Assembly (NCBI GenBank): GCA_027012045.1
Contig: JALUZI010000235.1
Coordinates: forward strand, 1-47,740
Direction of reading: 5' to 3'
Length of the DNA: 47,740 nt
Origin: Desulfurococcales archaeon
GTDB lineage: Archaea; Thermoproteota; Thermoprotei_A; Sulfolobales; Acidilobaceae
Made by a program: the position numbers and the translations under genes. Within the stretch, counting starts at the first letter, position 1, and each line of letters begins with the position of its first letter. The notes below the pieces were generated by a model. It was not told where the DNA came from and made no database searches. It saw only the letters and a program-made list of their open reading frames with translations. Shown here in pieces: positions 1 to 9,843 of this stretch.

Positions 1-262
1 TTCCCTCTATTATCATGAAGTTGGTCTGGCGGGAAGCGATCCATGGGAGTGCACCATATCTTTCTGCGTCGAATCTTGGGCTCCACGTTGCGGCGAACTC
101 GCATCCGCAACAGCTGGTTGTGAGGTGAACTGGCCATAAGCTGAAGGCTGTTGCCCAGTCAACCATTTTCCCTAGTTTGGCCTTGTCCATTAGGAGTTCG
201 GCTGCTTTGTTAGCGGATATGTCGAGATTGCCGACGTAAGCTTTTCCTTTTTCTTCGGTCAA
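1..262 (-). CDS. nuoB: NADH-quinone oxidoreductase-like subunit B, 5' part (runs off the window edge)
   Basis: Not in the ORF track. Manual translation from TTG at 262 gives MTEEKGKAYVGNLDISANKAAELLMDKAKLGKMVDWATAFSLWPVHLTTSCCGCEFAATWSPRFDAERYG..., the NuoB SLWP..CC..E / RFD.ER.G signature. SD GGAGGTGA at 271-278; directly downstream of nuoA. Confidence 0.9.
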   Translation of the reverse strand, partial: MTEEKGKAYVGNLDISANKAAELLMDKAKLGKMVDWATAFSLWPVHLTTSCCGCEFAATWSPRFDAERYGALPWIASRQTNFMIIEG

Positions 263-270
263 AGATGCTT

Positions 271-678
271 TCACCTCCACATCCATTCCCTGACCTTTCT
301 CGATTCATACACTGCATATGCTAGGAAGGGAATGTAGACTACGAGGAACACTGTGTAGAACTCGAGTGCAAGTAGGAGTTTTGTCGTGTTAAATATTATG
401 AATGAAAGTACGACTATGGGCTCTAGGGCGAGGAAGGCTATTAGGTATCCCAGGTACTGCATGGCTACCCGGGTTTTGGCTTCTCCTGACGGTGGGTTGG
501 AAGCTTCATACCTCAAATACTTGAATGGCTCTGTTTTCTCAACCAACGGGTGCTCTCTAACTATCTTCTTTATGAGGATTACAACTAGCCATAGAACTAT
601 GATTAGAACAGCGGGCAGTACCAGTAGTCCAGTAATCGCAGCTACCGTGGGGTCAGACAGTAATGCTGTTATGCTCAT
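271..678 (-). CDS. nuoA: NADH-quinone oxidoreductase-like subunit A (3 TM)
   Basis: Three hydrophobic segments, K..RYEASNPP loop, QY..YLI.FL.LE motif; precedes nuoB. Start moved from 714 to ATG 678 (684 also possible) because a TATA-like TTTATATA lies near 721-729. Confidence 0.82.
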   Translation of the reverse strand: MSITALLSDPTVAAITGLLVLPAVLIIVLWLVVILIKKIVREHPLVEKTEPFKYLRYEASNPPSGEAKTRVAMQYLGYLIAFLALEPIVVLSFIIFNTTKLLLALEFYTVFLVVYIPFLAYAVYESRKVREWMWR

Positions 679-806
679 AAGCATCCCCTCTAGCCGTGAG
701 ATTAGCATGCCCACATTTGTATATATAAACTTTAGTTAACTCTCTCTTATAGGAAAAGGGGAACGGTTAATTCTATGTTAAAAATATGGTTTAGAGGAAA
801 AGTGGT

Positions 807-3017
807 TTAGAAGCCTATTAGATCGTCCAGCTTGGGCGGGTGAGGCGGCAGTCCCTTCCTCTCTCTGATCTTCCTTATTAGCTCGTCTAACATTGAGTCA
901 GGTACTGGGCTCCATCTGCTGAATTCTGTGCCCCAGAACGCTCTTCCGGCTGTGACGCTTCTGAGTTCTGCGGCGAGATCAAATGTTTCGGCCACAGGTA
1001 TTTCTGCTATGATCCTAGCAACATGGCCCATGCTTATCACGTCCAGCATTTTACCCCTCCTTTTAGCCAGCACAGATGCTATTGTACTTACATAGTCCAT
1101 GGGTGTTCTGATATCTAGTTTCTGGATAGGCTCTAGTAGAGTGGGTTTGGCCGTTAGTATACCTGCGTAAATGGCGTTTCTAACTGCAGGGTATATCTGA
1201 GCTGGACCTCTGTGAGCTGGGTCTTCGTGTACCATAGCGTCGTGCAGTACCACTTTTACTCCTCTCACAGGCTCTGCTGCCAGAGGGCCTTCCTTCATTG
1301 CTAGCCTGTAGGCCTGTATTATAGTGTCCTGGACTTCTCTTAGGTGCTGTATACCTGATGTTTTATTCACTAGGATGTTCAGGTTCTCGTCGAAAGCCCA
1401 TATTCTCCTAGCTTCATCGTAGTCCCATCCTGCCTTGTCTCTCAGTATTTTCGCTCTCTCCTTGACGTCCTGGTCCTCACCTATGTCTCCACTCTGCATT
1501 AGTTTGATTGTTTCCTCGTTTAGAGGTTCAACTGATATGTAGAACCTGTTGTGTTTGTTGGGGCTCTTTCCTTCGAATACCTGGCTAGCTTTCCTTATGC
1601 TCTCACGGTAAACTACTATTGGAGGACTGGCCTCTACTTCAATACCGTAGTTTTCTTTGAGGAGTTGAAGTGTCACTTCTAGGTGAAGCGGCCCCATGCC
1701 TGATAGCAGGTACTCTCCTGTTTCCTCGTTGATTTTAACGACTAGGTTAGGATCTTCAATGCTCAGCCTCCTCAGTGCTTCAATCATCTTCGAAAGCTCC
1801 TGCGGTTTCTTGGGCTCGATCGCTATTGTAACCACCGGCTCGCTTACATAGTGCATCCTTTCGAAGGGAGCCGCCATATCCTTAGCTTCAATGTCGACCG
1901 CTGTTTCCCCGGCTCTTGCCTTATCTAATCCTAGAACCGCGGCAATGTTACCTGCTGTAACCTCTTTTGTTACTTCCCTATAGGGGCCCATGAATAGGCT
2001 TACCTGGAGAACCTTCTGCTGTATCCTGCTGTTAACTAGCCATAACTCTTTTCCAGGTCTAAGGGTTCCTGAGAAGACTCTTCCCGTTGCAACGAGGCCG
2101 GCGTGTGGGTCTATTCTTATATCGTTTATGAAGAACACTACTGGGCCCTCTGGATCTGCCTCTATCATGGCTTTTGCGAGCGGACTGTTGAGATCCCCTT
2201 TCCACAGTTTCTCTATTCTATACTTCTGTGCCTCCCTTGGGTTAGGAACGAACCTTACTACCATGTCTAGTAGCGTCTCGTGCAGTGGAACCTTCTTTGA
2301 CAGCTCGGCAACGCCCTCCTTCCCTTTGTTATACGCTTCAATGACGTCTGCGAACGTTATCTTCTTCTGCTGGGCCATGGGTATTGTGAAACCCCATTTA
2401 TCCCTGGCTGAGCCGAAGGCTACTGTTCCATCAGCCGGATTAAGCTTCCATTTGCTCTTGAACTGCGGTTCTGCGTACAGATCTATTAAATTGTTCACTT
2501 CTCTGATGACCTCAACGAATCTCTGCTGTATTTGCTGGGGGGTGTACCTAAGCTCTTTGATGAGCCTGTCAACCTTGTTTATGAAGAGGAGTGGCCTCAC
2601 TCTTTCTTCGAGGGACTGGCGTATAACTGTTTCGGTCTGAGTCATAACTCCTTCTACAGCGTCGACTACTACAATTGCCCCGTCTAGGACTCTGAGGCTT
2701 CTAGTAACTTTGCCACTGAAATCCACGTGTCCAGGCGTGTCTATCAGGTTTATAATGTAGGGCTTACCTTTGTATTCGTGGTATAAGCTGACGTTAGCCG
2801 ATTTAACTGTTATACCTCTCTGCTTTTCTACACTCAAATAGTCAAGTGCCAAAGCTTCTCCTGCTATTCTCTCTGAGATCATTCCGGCTGCAGCGAGCAG
2901 TGAGTCGCTAGTGGTTGTTTTCCCGTGGTCGACGTGGGCTATTATCCCTATGTTCCTGACATGCTCTAGGTCTCTCATGATTTTCTCTATTTCAGATACC
3001 ATTTTGAAACGGGCCAT
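807..3017 (-). CDS. fusA: Translation elongation factor aEF-2
   Basis: [19 protein letters not shown] and NKVD GTPase motifs; diphthamide loop [12 protein letters not shown]. Confidence 0.99.
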   Translation of the reverse strand: MARFKMVSEIEKIMRDLEHVRNIGIIAHVDHGKTTTSDSLLAAAGMISERIAGEALALDYLSVEKQRGITVKSANVSLYHEYKGKPYIINLIDTPGHVDFSGKVTRSLRVLDGAIVVVDAVEGVMTQTETVIRQSLEERVRPLLFINKVDRLIKELRYTPQQIQQRFVEVIREVNNLIDLYAEPQFKSKWKLNPADGTVAFGSARDKWGFTIPMAQQKKITFADVIEAYNKGKEGVAELSKKVPLHETLLDMVVRFVPNPREAQKYRIEKLWKGDLNSPLAKAMIEADPEGPVVFFINDIRIDPHAGLVATGRVFSGTLRPGKELWLVNSRIQQKVLQVSLFMGPYREVTKEVTAGNIAAVLGLDKARAGETAVDIEAKDMAAPFERMHYVSEPVVTIAIEPKKPQELSKMIEALRRLSIEDPNLVVKINEETGEYLLSGMGPLHLEVTLQLLKENYGIEVEASPPIVVYRESIRKASQVFEGKSPNKHNRFYISVEPLNEETIKLMQSGDIGEDQDVKERAKILRDKAGWDYDEARRIWAFDENLNILVNKTSGIQHLREVQDTIIQAYRLAMKEGPLAAEPVRGVKVVLHDAMVHEDPAHRGPAQIYPAVRNAIYAGILTAKPTLLEPIQKLDIRTPMDYVSTIASVLAKRRGKMLDVISMGHVARIIAEIPVAETFDLAAELRSVTAGRAFWGTEFSRWSPVPDSMLDELIRKIRERKGLPPHPPKLDDLIGF

Positions 3018-3107
3018 TTTCTTACACCCACTATATACACATCGTTTTGGGTGGATTCCCTGTCGGGGGTTTTAAATAATGACTTAGCCTTGTACCTGAA
3101 TTGTCTT

Positions 3108-3794
3108 CTAGGAGAAATCGTCAAGATGATAGGTTCTACCTCTGCGTTTCTCGTATTTCATGTGCAATATCTTGTAAATTTCTACTGCCCTCTTCTCACC
3201 TATGCCCGGCACATTTGCTAGCTCTGAGATTGAGGCGTTCACTATTTTCTCTATGCTACCAAAATGCTCCAATAGCCTAGAGGCTAGTTTTGGACCTATA
3301 TTAGGTAGGGATTGAGCTATGTACAACTGCCATTCCCTGGGATCTGATAGTTTGGGTTTCCTGTGAACCACTATGAACTGGCCTTTACTTGAATGAACCT
3401 TCTTTGCTATATAGTATATCAGATCTGCAGTATCGCTAGGGCCTCTGGTGGTCACTACTCGTATTCCGTAATTGACTAGGAGAGATGCTAGTGAAGAATT
3501 GAATTTATATCTGTCTTTATACGGGGCAAAACCCCCCTCTATTACCAGTATAGGAAAGCTATAAGCAGAGGACATGCGGTATGCTTGGTCGAATAAACGT
3601 CCATCATATATGCTCTTCATATAATCTGTGATGCTTTTCCTTTCTATTACGATCTCACCGGAGATTAGGTAATCTCCCACATCCAGCCTCTTATATACTA
3701 CCAACAACTTTTTCTCTAACAATAAAGCAACAGGGCTGCCCTTTTCCCTGGTATCAATGTAGACTCTTGCTTTCTCTTCGTTTCCTCCATTCAA
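3108..3794 (-). CDS. xpf: Short crenarchaeal XPF/ERCC4 structure-specific endonuclease
   Basis: IDTRE, GDY..S..IVIERKS nuclease motif, tandem HhH (PNIGPK, PGIGEK), C-terminal PIP-like LDDF. Start set at TTG 3794 behind a GGTGA SD (track start 3818). Confidence 0.93.
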   Translation of the reverse strand: MNGGNEEKARVYIDTREKGSPVALLLEKKLLVVYKRLDVGDYLISGEIVIERKSITDYMKSIYDGRLFDQAYRMSSAYSFPILVIEGGFAPYKDRYKFNSSLASLLVNYGIRVVTTRGPSDTADLIYYIAKKVHSSKGQFIVVHRKPKLSDPREWQLYIAQSLPNIGPKLASRLLEHFGSIEKIVNASISELANVPGIGEKRAVEIYKILHMKYEKRRGRTYHLDDFS

Positions 3795-4818
3795 TACAGA
3801 ATTCACCGAAGAATTCAAGGAGAGTTTTCACTTTTTTATCCCTACTCTTCGTACTCCAAGGTATTGAACCTTCGAAGAGAGCACTACTGAAATGACCTCC
3901 TCCGCTTCCCGTACCACCGAATTTCTCGGAGAGCCATAAAGCGAATTCAGACACATCTATAGTTTCACTCCTTGATCTCAACGCTATTCTAGTGTAATCC
4001 TTTTTATCTGAAAGCACTATCGCAACGTCAGCCCCTATGTTTACAAGCGTTCTAGCTACGGCGGATTCAAAGGATCCCACATGTGTACCTGCTACTAGAA
4101 GGCCGCATATTTCATTCAATATAAGCCTTTGGCAAGCCTTTAATAGCGCCATTCTCTGGCTCTTGTCAGCCTCTTTCTCCAATAAGGAAAGGGCGCTGGC
4201 GTAGTCTCCTCCAGCTCTTTGTAATATGGACATTGCATAGAAGGTATGGGGTCCCGTTTTTTGGAATCTCCTAGTGTCGTAGATTATACCTGACATTAGA
4301 AGTGTGGCGAGGCAACTTGTTTTTGTAGAGCTTGATACTTCCTCGGTGAGTGAGGATTGGATGATGTAGGTCACTATTTCAGCTGTAGAAGAGTAGTCTT
4401 CTCCCCCAATGTATAGTGTTGCTCGGTCTTTAAGGGTTCCAGTCCTATGGTGATCAATTACTATAACGTTCGAAGGGTCTTCCAAGTATTTATTGAAACA
4501 ATCAAGCTGTGTGGGGTTTGCTGTGTCTAAAATTATTAGTGAATAATTAGTGATACTATTCCTTGTACATTCTTGTTTATATGTTATCCTAGTCCCTATG
4601 CAGGTTTCCGCTACTTCTAATAGTCTTCTGGATACCGTCGACATACCCTGAGGAAAGCAGAGGTAAATGTTTCTATCCACAGGTAGTAGCTGCTTGAGTA
4701 TAAAATAGAGGGCTATGGCGGATGAGACGGCGTCAGGATCGGCGTTTTTATGCGTTACTAAACAAATGTTAGATTCACTTATCTTGGAGACCAATTCTCT
4801 AATTGTTACATTCACCAT
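3754..4818 (-). CDS. DHH/DHHA1 family phosphoesterase (NrnA-like)
   Basis: H.NADPDA, ILD, VIDHH, GIIYDT and GGGH motifs are all intact. Confidence 0.9.
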   Translation of the reverse strand: MVNVTIRELVSKISESNICLVTHKNADPDAVSSAIALYFILKQLLPVDRNIYLCFPQGMSTVSRRLLEVAETCIGTRITYKQECTRNSITNYSLIILDTANPTQLDCFNKYLEDPSNVIVIDHHRTGTLKDRATLYIGGEDYSSTAEIVTYIIQSSLTEEVSSSTKTSCLATLLMSGIIYDTRRFQKTGPHTFYAMSILQRAGGDYASALSLLEKEADKSQRMALLKACQRLILNEICGLLVAGTHVGSFESAVARTLVNIGADVAIVLSDKKDYTRIALRSRSETIDVSEFALWLSEKFGGTGSGGGHFSSALFEGSIPWSTKSRDKKVKTLLEFFGEFCIEWRKRRESKSLH

Positions 4819-5107
4819 TTTCCAAGATCTCCTCGAACTCTGCTCTCAATTTATCTATCAGCCGAGCTAAGATTTCATCATAGCTGGGTGTGACTGGGCG
4901 ACTACCGTCTGCGCTTACTGATAGTTTAAGATTGAGTGCTGTGTCATTATCAGGTATATCAGCGTCTAAGACTATGTCTAGTTTCTCGAGTTTTCTATAT
5001 GGTTGTTCTTTGAGTATCTCTTGAAGACGGGTTTGAAGCTTTTCTAGTATGCATGAAAGTTTTTCTTCGTCTATTTCCAACTCGAGAACCCTCTTAGGGT
5101 TGTTCAC
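4799..5107 (-). CDS. Small conserved acidic protein (possibly DUF3194-like)
   Basis: 102-aa ORF co-oriented between pfdB and the DHH gene; family assignment is by position and size only. Confidence 0.55.
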   Translation of the reverse strand: MNNPKRVLELEIDEEKLSCILEKLQTRLQEILKEQPYRKLEKLDIVLDADIPDNDTALNLKLSVSADGSRPVTPSYDEILARLIDKLRAEFEEILENGECNN

Positions 5108-5181
5108 TGTTGCCCGTAAAATCTGCTTTGGAAAACCACTGGTTTAAGTGGAATTAAAAATAGTTTAATATACTTTCCCGT

Positions 5182-5553
5182 TTACTTGGCTAGTGTCTGG
5201 TACTGCTTCGCTAGTAGAGCTTTCAGCTTTTCTTCAGTTTCTTTGAGTTCAGCGGTGTATTTCTCTTCCTGCTTCTTGAACTTCTCGAGTCTTGCCTCCA
5301 GTATTTCTAGCTTCTCCTTGGCTTCTGATAGAACATCATCTTTCTTCCTTTTTGCAAGAACTCCTCCGATAGCCTCGTACACATAGTCGTCTTCTACCTT
5401 GTTTTCGAGGACGTCTATCAGTCTTTTCAGCTCTTCTATTTCAGCTTCTGTCGCCATTTTTTGCTGCAGCAAAGTGGAAACAAAATCCCTTAACTGGTTG
5501 TATCTAACGGCAAGCGACTGGACTTCCGGTGGAACCTGTTCTGCCATCTGCAT
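5182..5553 (-). CDS. pfdB: Prefoldin beta subunit
   Basis: N-terminal PPEVQ, coiled coils flanking the VYEAIGGVL hairpin; canonical position in the exosome cluster. Confidence 0.92.
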   Translation of the reverse strand: MQMAEQVPPEVQSLAVRYNQLRDFVSTLLQQKMATEAEIEELKRLIDVLENKVEDDYVYEAIGGVLAKRKKDDVLSEAKEKLEILEARLEKFKKQEEKYTAELKETEEKLKALLAKQYQTLAK

Positions 5554-5586
5554 TGCACCCAGGGTTAACGCTGTGGCGGGATAGTA

Positions 5587-5835
5587 TTAAAGGTTAGCCT
5601 CGTGGACATCAAATATTATTTTTAGCAGGTTGATATAAGAGGACAGCATTGCCTCTGTGTTGCTTAGTTTATCTGATTCTAGGCGAATAGTAATCCTATT
5701 ATTGTCGCAGTATAGGTCTACTTTGCCGCGTGACAATTTTTCCTCTTCTCCGACTTCAGGCTCGAGAGATTTACAGGTTATGTCAAGTAATTTGGGTTCC
5801 ATTTCTTCAACTGTTATCGTCACTGACAACTTCAA
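5587..5835 (-). CDS. pcc1: KEOPS Pcc1-family subunit
   Basis: 82 aa with SLEPE..SR and a C-terminal A.LSSYINLL helix; lies between the Brix gene and pfdB. Confidence 0.75.
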   Translation of the reverse strand: MKLSVTITVEEMEPKLLDITCKSLEPEVGEEEKLSRGKVDLYCDNNRITIRLESDKLSNTEAMLSSYINLLKIIFDVHEANL

Positions 5836-6352
5836 TTCTACGCACCCTTATTATAGGTCCCACTAGATTCCCTCTCCCATCGTGGAATGAAACAGTTTTA
5901 ACGTCATTGACGACGGATATCCTAATACGCCTAACATTTGAATCAACATTGGCTTTACAGAACCTATAACCAGTTACCTCTGATACGATGCCTGTAAGAG
6001 CATAAACATCTTCATCACCGCCGAATGATATGCAGTACTCTCCATTATACGTAGAAGGCTTAGAGCGGGCTTTCTCTCTGTAGAGCGTTACGCCACGTAG
6101 TAGTATACGATACTTCTCGTCAAGCCCTGACTTAGGAATGTCTGGTTTGAATATTTTTAACATACTAGGATTGCCTTTCTTCTCATACACAATTATTAGC
6201 CATTTAGCCCTTTTTGATATAGAAATGTCATATAGGTCTAGTAACGTGGCTTTGCCCCTGTTAACCTTCACAAGCACGGGAAGAATGGTAACTAATTCAT
6301 TGACAAAGCTTCGGGTTCTGTTACCTGGTTCCCTAGAAGTAGTTATGACCAC
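5807..6352 (-). CDS. Brix/Imp4-domain ribosome biogenesis protein
   Basis: ITTSREP..RTRSF, NRGK and E.KGNP motifs. Confidence 0.9.
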   Translation of the reverse strand: MVITTSREPGNRTRSFVNELVTILPVLVKVNRGKATLLDLYDISISKRAKWLIIVYEKKGNPSMLKIFKPDIPKSGLDEKYRILLRGVTLYREKARSKPSTYNGEYCISFGGDEDVYALTGIVSEVTGYRFCKANVDSNVRRIRISVVNDVKTVSFHDGRGNLVGPIIRVRRIEVVSDDNS

Positions 6353-6424
6353 GGTTATACTGGTTCACCTATTCACTGGTGCTCGAACAAAAATTAAGGT
6401 GATGTGATAAATGATACCATACCA

Positions 6425-6709
6425 TTACTTGGATAAAAACTCGTCCTTGTCTAAGACCATTATCTGCGGGTACGTGGTGCTGAGGCCTGTGTTAGGTACG
6501 TATGCCCCTCCAGCCCATGTTGCACCGCATTTCCTGCATTTCCATATACCTGTCGAGACTCGGTATACAGTGCCTACGGACCCGCATACAGGGCATTTAT
6601 GCGGTGCATATCGCCTCTCTAAGATTTTCTTGACTCTCTTCCTAAGAGTTGATCCGTACCTAGGGCCGTAGCGTCCTACTATACCTACTATCTTCGTTCT
6701 TCTCGCCAT
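6425..6709 (-). CDS. rpl37ae: 50S ribosomal protein L37Ae (eL43)
   Basis: GRYGPRYG, CPVC...CRKC zinc ribbon, AGGAY. Confidence 0.98.
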   Translation of the reverse strand: MARRTKIVGIVGRYGPRYGSTLRKRVKKILERRYAPHKCPVCGSVGTVYRVSTGIWKCRKCGATWAGGAYVPNTGLSTTYPQIMVLDKDEFLSK

Positions 6710-6712
6710 GGC

Positions 6713-7558
6713 TCACCTACCTTCATTACCCTCATTGTTTACGGCGGCGTCAACTGCATTAAAATATTTTGGAGCCACTGATAGGGCAAGCTCCATCGCG
6801 TTGTTTATCTCGTCTATCGTCATTCCTCCCTGGCCCATTTTTTGGATACCCGCTATTCTCCCATCTCTGCTTACTGCGAAAGCTATCCGGGAATCCGCTA
6901 CTACTTCCTCGTCTAGGCTAGGGTCTACTATGAGGTGGTCTCCTATTTTCGCTATATGTACATAGACTGCTTCTTCCTTCAAGGGGAGCGTTCCACTGGT
7001 TGCTTCCTTGTCGACTACAACATTATCTCCTTCTACTTTGAATCCCGGTATCCTAGTTGTTTTGAGGGCGGCAAGTGATGCTATCATAGAGGCATCTAGT
7101 AAGTTTCCGTCATGGTCAATGATGTAGAGGTCAACCCATACTATCCATACCTTTTTGCCCGGTATGATAGATAGTTTCTCTAGTTCAACCGCACCTAGTT
7201 CTCTGTAGCTTCTGTCTATCACTCTAGAGAGTTCTATGGCGTTTTCATCGGGAGGCCCCGGCTCGAAGGATGGGGATGCCAGTGGAACGAATTCAGCGTG
7301 AACTGTGAATACTCCTAAATCCGGCATGTCTCGGAATGGTTCTCCTACTTCTAGTTTAACACCTGCAATAACCTTGGTTTTTCCGAGTTCAACGTATGCT
7401 GATCCTTCTGCTTTGTCCAGGTAGTGTGTTACTATTTTCACAGGCCTAGGCTCCTCAGGCCTCCTCCCGTCTATTCTTAGCCCTTTCTCTATTAGGGATA
7501 GGATCATGTTCTTCTTTAACTGGGGAACGATCGGTATCCTGAACGGTGTGAACGACAT
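6713..7558 (-). CDS. rrp42: Exosome complex component Rrp42
   Basis: RNase PH fold: RIDGR, AEGSA.V.LG.T, FEPGPPDENAIEL. Start set at ATG 7558 (MSFTP) behind GAGGTGA. Confidence 0.97.
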   Translation of the reverse strand: MSFTPFRIPIVPQLKKNMILSLIEKGLRIDGRRPEEPRPVKIVTHYLDKAEGSAYVELGKTKVIAGVKLEVGEPFRDMPDLGVFTVHAEFVPLASPSFEPGPPDENAIELSRVIDRSYRELGAVELEKLSIIPGKKVWIVWVDLYIIDHDGNLLDASMIASLAALKTTRIPGFKVEGDNVVVDKEATSGTLPLKEEAVYVHIAKIGDHLIVDPSLDEEVVADSRIAFAVSRDGRIAGIQKMGQGGMTIDEINNAMELALSVAPKYFNAVDAAVNNEGNEGR

Positions 7559-7568
7559 TTCTTTCACC

Positions 7569-8300
7569 TCAGCTTTGAAGTACTTTAGAGTATTTCTCCA
7601 GGAGGGTCTTCCTCTGCATTTCGCTGATGGCTTCAAGGGTCTTCCTGGCCATGTCCATGGCTTTCACGAATTCTTCTTTGCTGAGAACACCGTTTAGCTG
7701 GAGTAGCACTACTTTACCCAGCCTAGTAGCCATGGCTACTGGCATATCGGCTTCCCCATACATATCTTCAACCTCATCGATATCCACAACCAGTTTTCCA
7801 TTAACTTTGCCTATAGCAACACCAGATACTAAATCTCTCATAGCTATCCCCGCATCGGCAAGAGCCAGGGATGCAGCTGTTACACCGGTAGTTCTTGTCC
7901 CTCCATCCGCTTGGAGGACTTCTATGAAAAGGTCAATCATAGTTCTCGGGTATAGCTCGGTCATCACCACTGGCTCCAGGGCTTCCCTGATAACTTTGGA
8001 GAGCTCTATCTCTCTCCTAGATGGCGCGGGACTTTTCCTTTCCCCTGTAGAGAATGGGGCCATATGATATCTTACCCGGAGTATAGCTCTATCCGGTAGA
8101 ACCATGTATTTCTGGATGGGCTCTCTAGGACCGTATACGGCAGCGAGAACCCTTGTTTTACCAAAAGACACTAGAGCCGAGCCATCAGCGTTCTCAAGTA
8201 CCCCTACTTCCATGTGTATAGGCCTAGGCTCCTCAGGCCTCCTCCCGTCTAGCCTGGTTCCATCCTCTTTTATTAACTGCGGTTTTTCACCATATTTCAA
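7569..8300 (-). CDS. rrp41: Exosome complex exonuclease Rrp41
   Basis: [21 protein letters not shown], phosphate-binding [12 protein letters not shown]. Confidence 0.98.
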   Translation of the reverse strand: MKYGEKPQLIKEDGTRLDGRRPEEPRPIHMEVGVLENADGSALVSFGKTRVLAAVYGPREPIQKYMVLPDRAILRVRYHMAPFSTGERKSPAPSRREIELSKVIREALEPVVMTELYPRTMIDLFIEVLQADGGTRTTGVTAASLALADAGIAMRDLVSGVAIGKVNGKLVVDIDEVEDMYGEADMPVAMATRLGKVVLLQLNGVLSKEEFVKAMDMARKTLEAISEMQRKTLLEKYSKVLQS

Positions 8301-8316
8301 GGCAAGACTACACCTC

Positions 8317-9018
8317 CTAACTGTTAGACAACTTGTCTTTTAGGAACGTTCTAACCCGGTCCGTTAGACCTGAAGTATGGGCTTCAGCCTCGATTTTCTT
8401 TATGGCCAATGTGACAATATCTTCGATATGCGGGTTGTCACAGTTTATGTGTATCCTCCCGTTTACACCTACTGTTATATCACATCCAGATTCTTCCATG
8501 AGCATGTTGATCATACTCCTCTTCTTACCGATTACCCGGGGGATCCTACTGGGTTTTATCTCTATTACTTTCCCTTTGACTATTTTACCGAATTTCTCGC
8601 TTCCTTTGAGGGTTATGAACGGACTTCTAAACCTGTCGAAGGAGCTTATCTTACCTATAACATAGTCTCCCTCGACCAGGTAGAGTGACAGTGACTCGCT
8701 TGCAGGGTTGAACGGCCTATTTAGAAACTCTTGGGCAGTTAACACCGCGTTGTACGGCGCGTTTATATCTATGGTCCAATACGATAAGCCTACGTTCACA
8801 ACTATTCCTATGACTATATCACCGGGCTTTGGGATGTAAACGTTTTCTAGTGGTATGTATATTTTCTTTTCTTCAGTAACTTCCAGTACCCCGGGTAGAG
8901 CAGCATATACCTCGTCTCCCAGCTTGTATGTAGCATAGTTCCTACCTAATCCCCTGACTTCAAGGTTCGGCCCGTCAAGCTTGTCTCCTGGTAGAACTAT
9001 TATCTTTTCCTCAGCCAT
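8317..9018 (-). CDS. rrp4: Exosome RNA-binding protein Rrp4
   Basis: YIPKPGD.VIG S1 domain; PRVIGKK..M and G.NG.I KH domain. Confidence 0.97.
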   Translation of the reverse strand: MAEEKIIVLPGDKLDGPNLEVRGLGRNYATYKLGDEVYAALPGVLEVTEEKKIYIPLENVYIPKPGDIVIGIVVNVGLSYWTIDINAPYNAVLTAQEFLNRPFNPASESLSLYLVEGDYVIGKISSFDRFRSPFITLKGSEKFGKIVKGKVIEIKPSRIPRVIGKKRSMINMLMEESGCDITVGVNGRIHINCDNPHIEDIVTLAIKKIEAEAHTSGLTDRVRTFLKDKLSNS

Positions 9019-9022
9019 TTTC

Positions 9023-9721
9023 TCAGTCCACCACTTTTATCTGAACTTGTGCTCTGCCTTTAGTTAATCTGTTTACCTCGTTAATAACATCATTCTGTGC
9101 ACCTGCAGGTATCTCTATCTCTGCAACAAGGCTACCATCGTTCCTCCAGTCAGTCTTCTTTAACTCGCCCAATCTGCTTAGCTCGCTGTAAGCCCTACCC
9201 GAGAATTCTGGGGGGATGACTACTCTAATTATGGCTCTAGCGAGCTTTATTGGTATAACCCTGGCTATACGTTTGACAGCCTCTACCGCCTGGGCCTCTG
9301 CCGATTTATTTAGGTCAACACTTATGCGGAGTTCGTCAAACAGGTTTTCTATTCTTTTAACCGGTATAGGCAGCTTCGTCTTGGGGTCGACGGCGTTTTT
9401 AGCTATGTAGTTAATGATCTGTCGTTTCTTGGCCTCTAACAATTGTCTCCGCTGTGCAGCGGTTAGCTGTAACTCTCCTTGCTTGATTATGATATCAGCT
9501 ATTTTCTTTATATCCTCCGTACCAAAGGTTTTCCTTACGGACTCGGGGCTTGCTTTGAGGCCTTTTCTAGCGTCACGGTAGACGGTGTCACTCACTAACA
9601 GGTCGTCCCAGTTAACCTTCTCACCGTTTTTATACTTGAACGCCAGATCCGGATTCACGAGTATCTCGAATCTATGGCCTCCTAATTCTATTTTAGCTAT
9701 AACGTATTCGTGGCTACTCAA
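9023..9721 (-). CDS. Ribosome maturation factor SBDS/Sdo1
   Basis: G..FEILV.P, DARKG.KAS, GELQLT..QRR, IEIPAG. Confidence 0.96.
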   Translation of the reverse strand: MSSHEYVIAKIELGGHRFEILVNPDLAFKYKNGEKVNWDDLLVSDTVYRDARKGLKASPESVRKTFGTEDIKKIADIIIKQGELQLTAAQRRQLLEAKKRQIINYIAKNAVDPKTKLPIPVKRIENLFDELRISVDLNKSAEAQAVEAVKRIARVIPIKLARAIIRVVIPPEFSGRAYSELSRLGELKKTDWRNDGSLVAEIEIPAGAQNDVINEVNRLTKGRAQVQIKVVD

Positions 9722-9843
9722 TGTTTTTCACCTAACCTGGGTAACTCTACGTCATCACATTATTTTGAATCTGTATGGATACCCGATTAAAATGGGTATC
9801 CTTGAAATTTACGAGGAGAATTGTAGGTTTAACAGAGCTCCGA

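Noticed and set aside
3025..3053. CACCCA/TGGGTG inverted repeat that could sequester the fusA SD
   Set aside because: Only 6 bp, and the upstream arm probably lies before the TSS implied by the TATA at about 3069-3076.
6353..6424. Missing rpoP between rpl37ae and the Brix gene
   Set aside because: The 72-bp gap has no zinc-ribbon remnant; as far as I recall, rpoP is located elsewhere in other crenarchaea, so this is not remarkable.
9722..9760. Perfect C box GTGATGA on the minus strand upstream of SBDS
   Set aside because: No CTGA D box at a suitable distance and no terminal stem.
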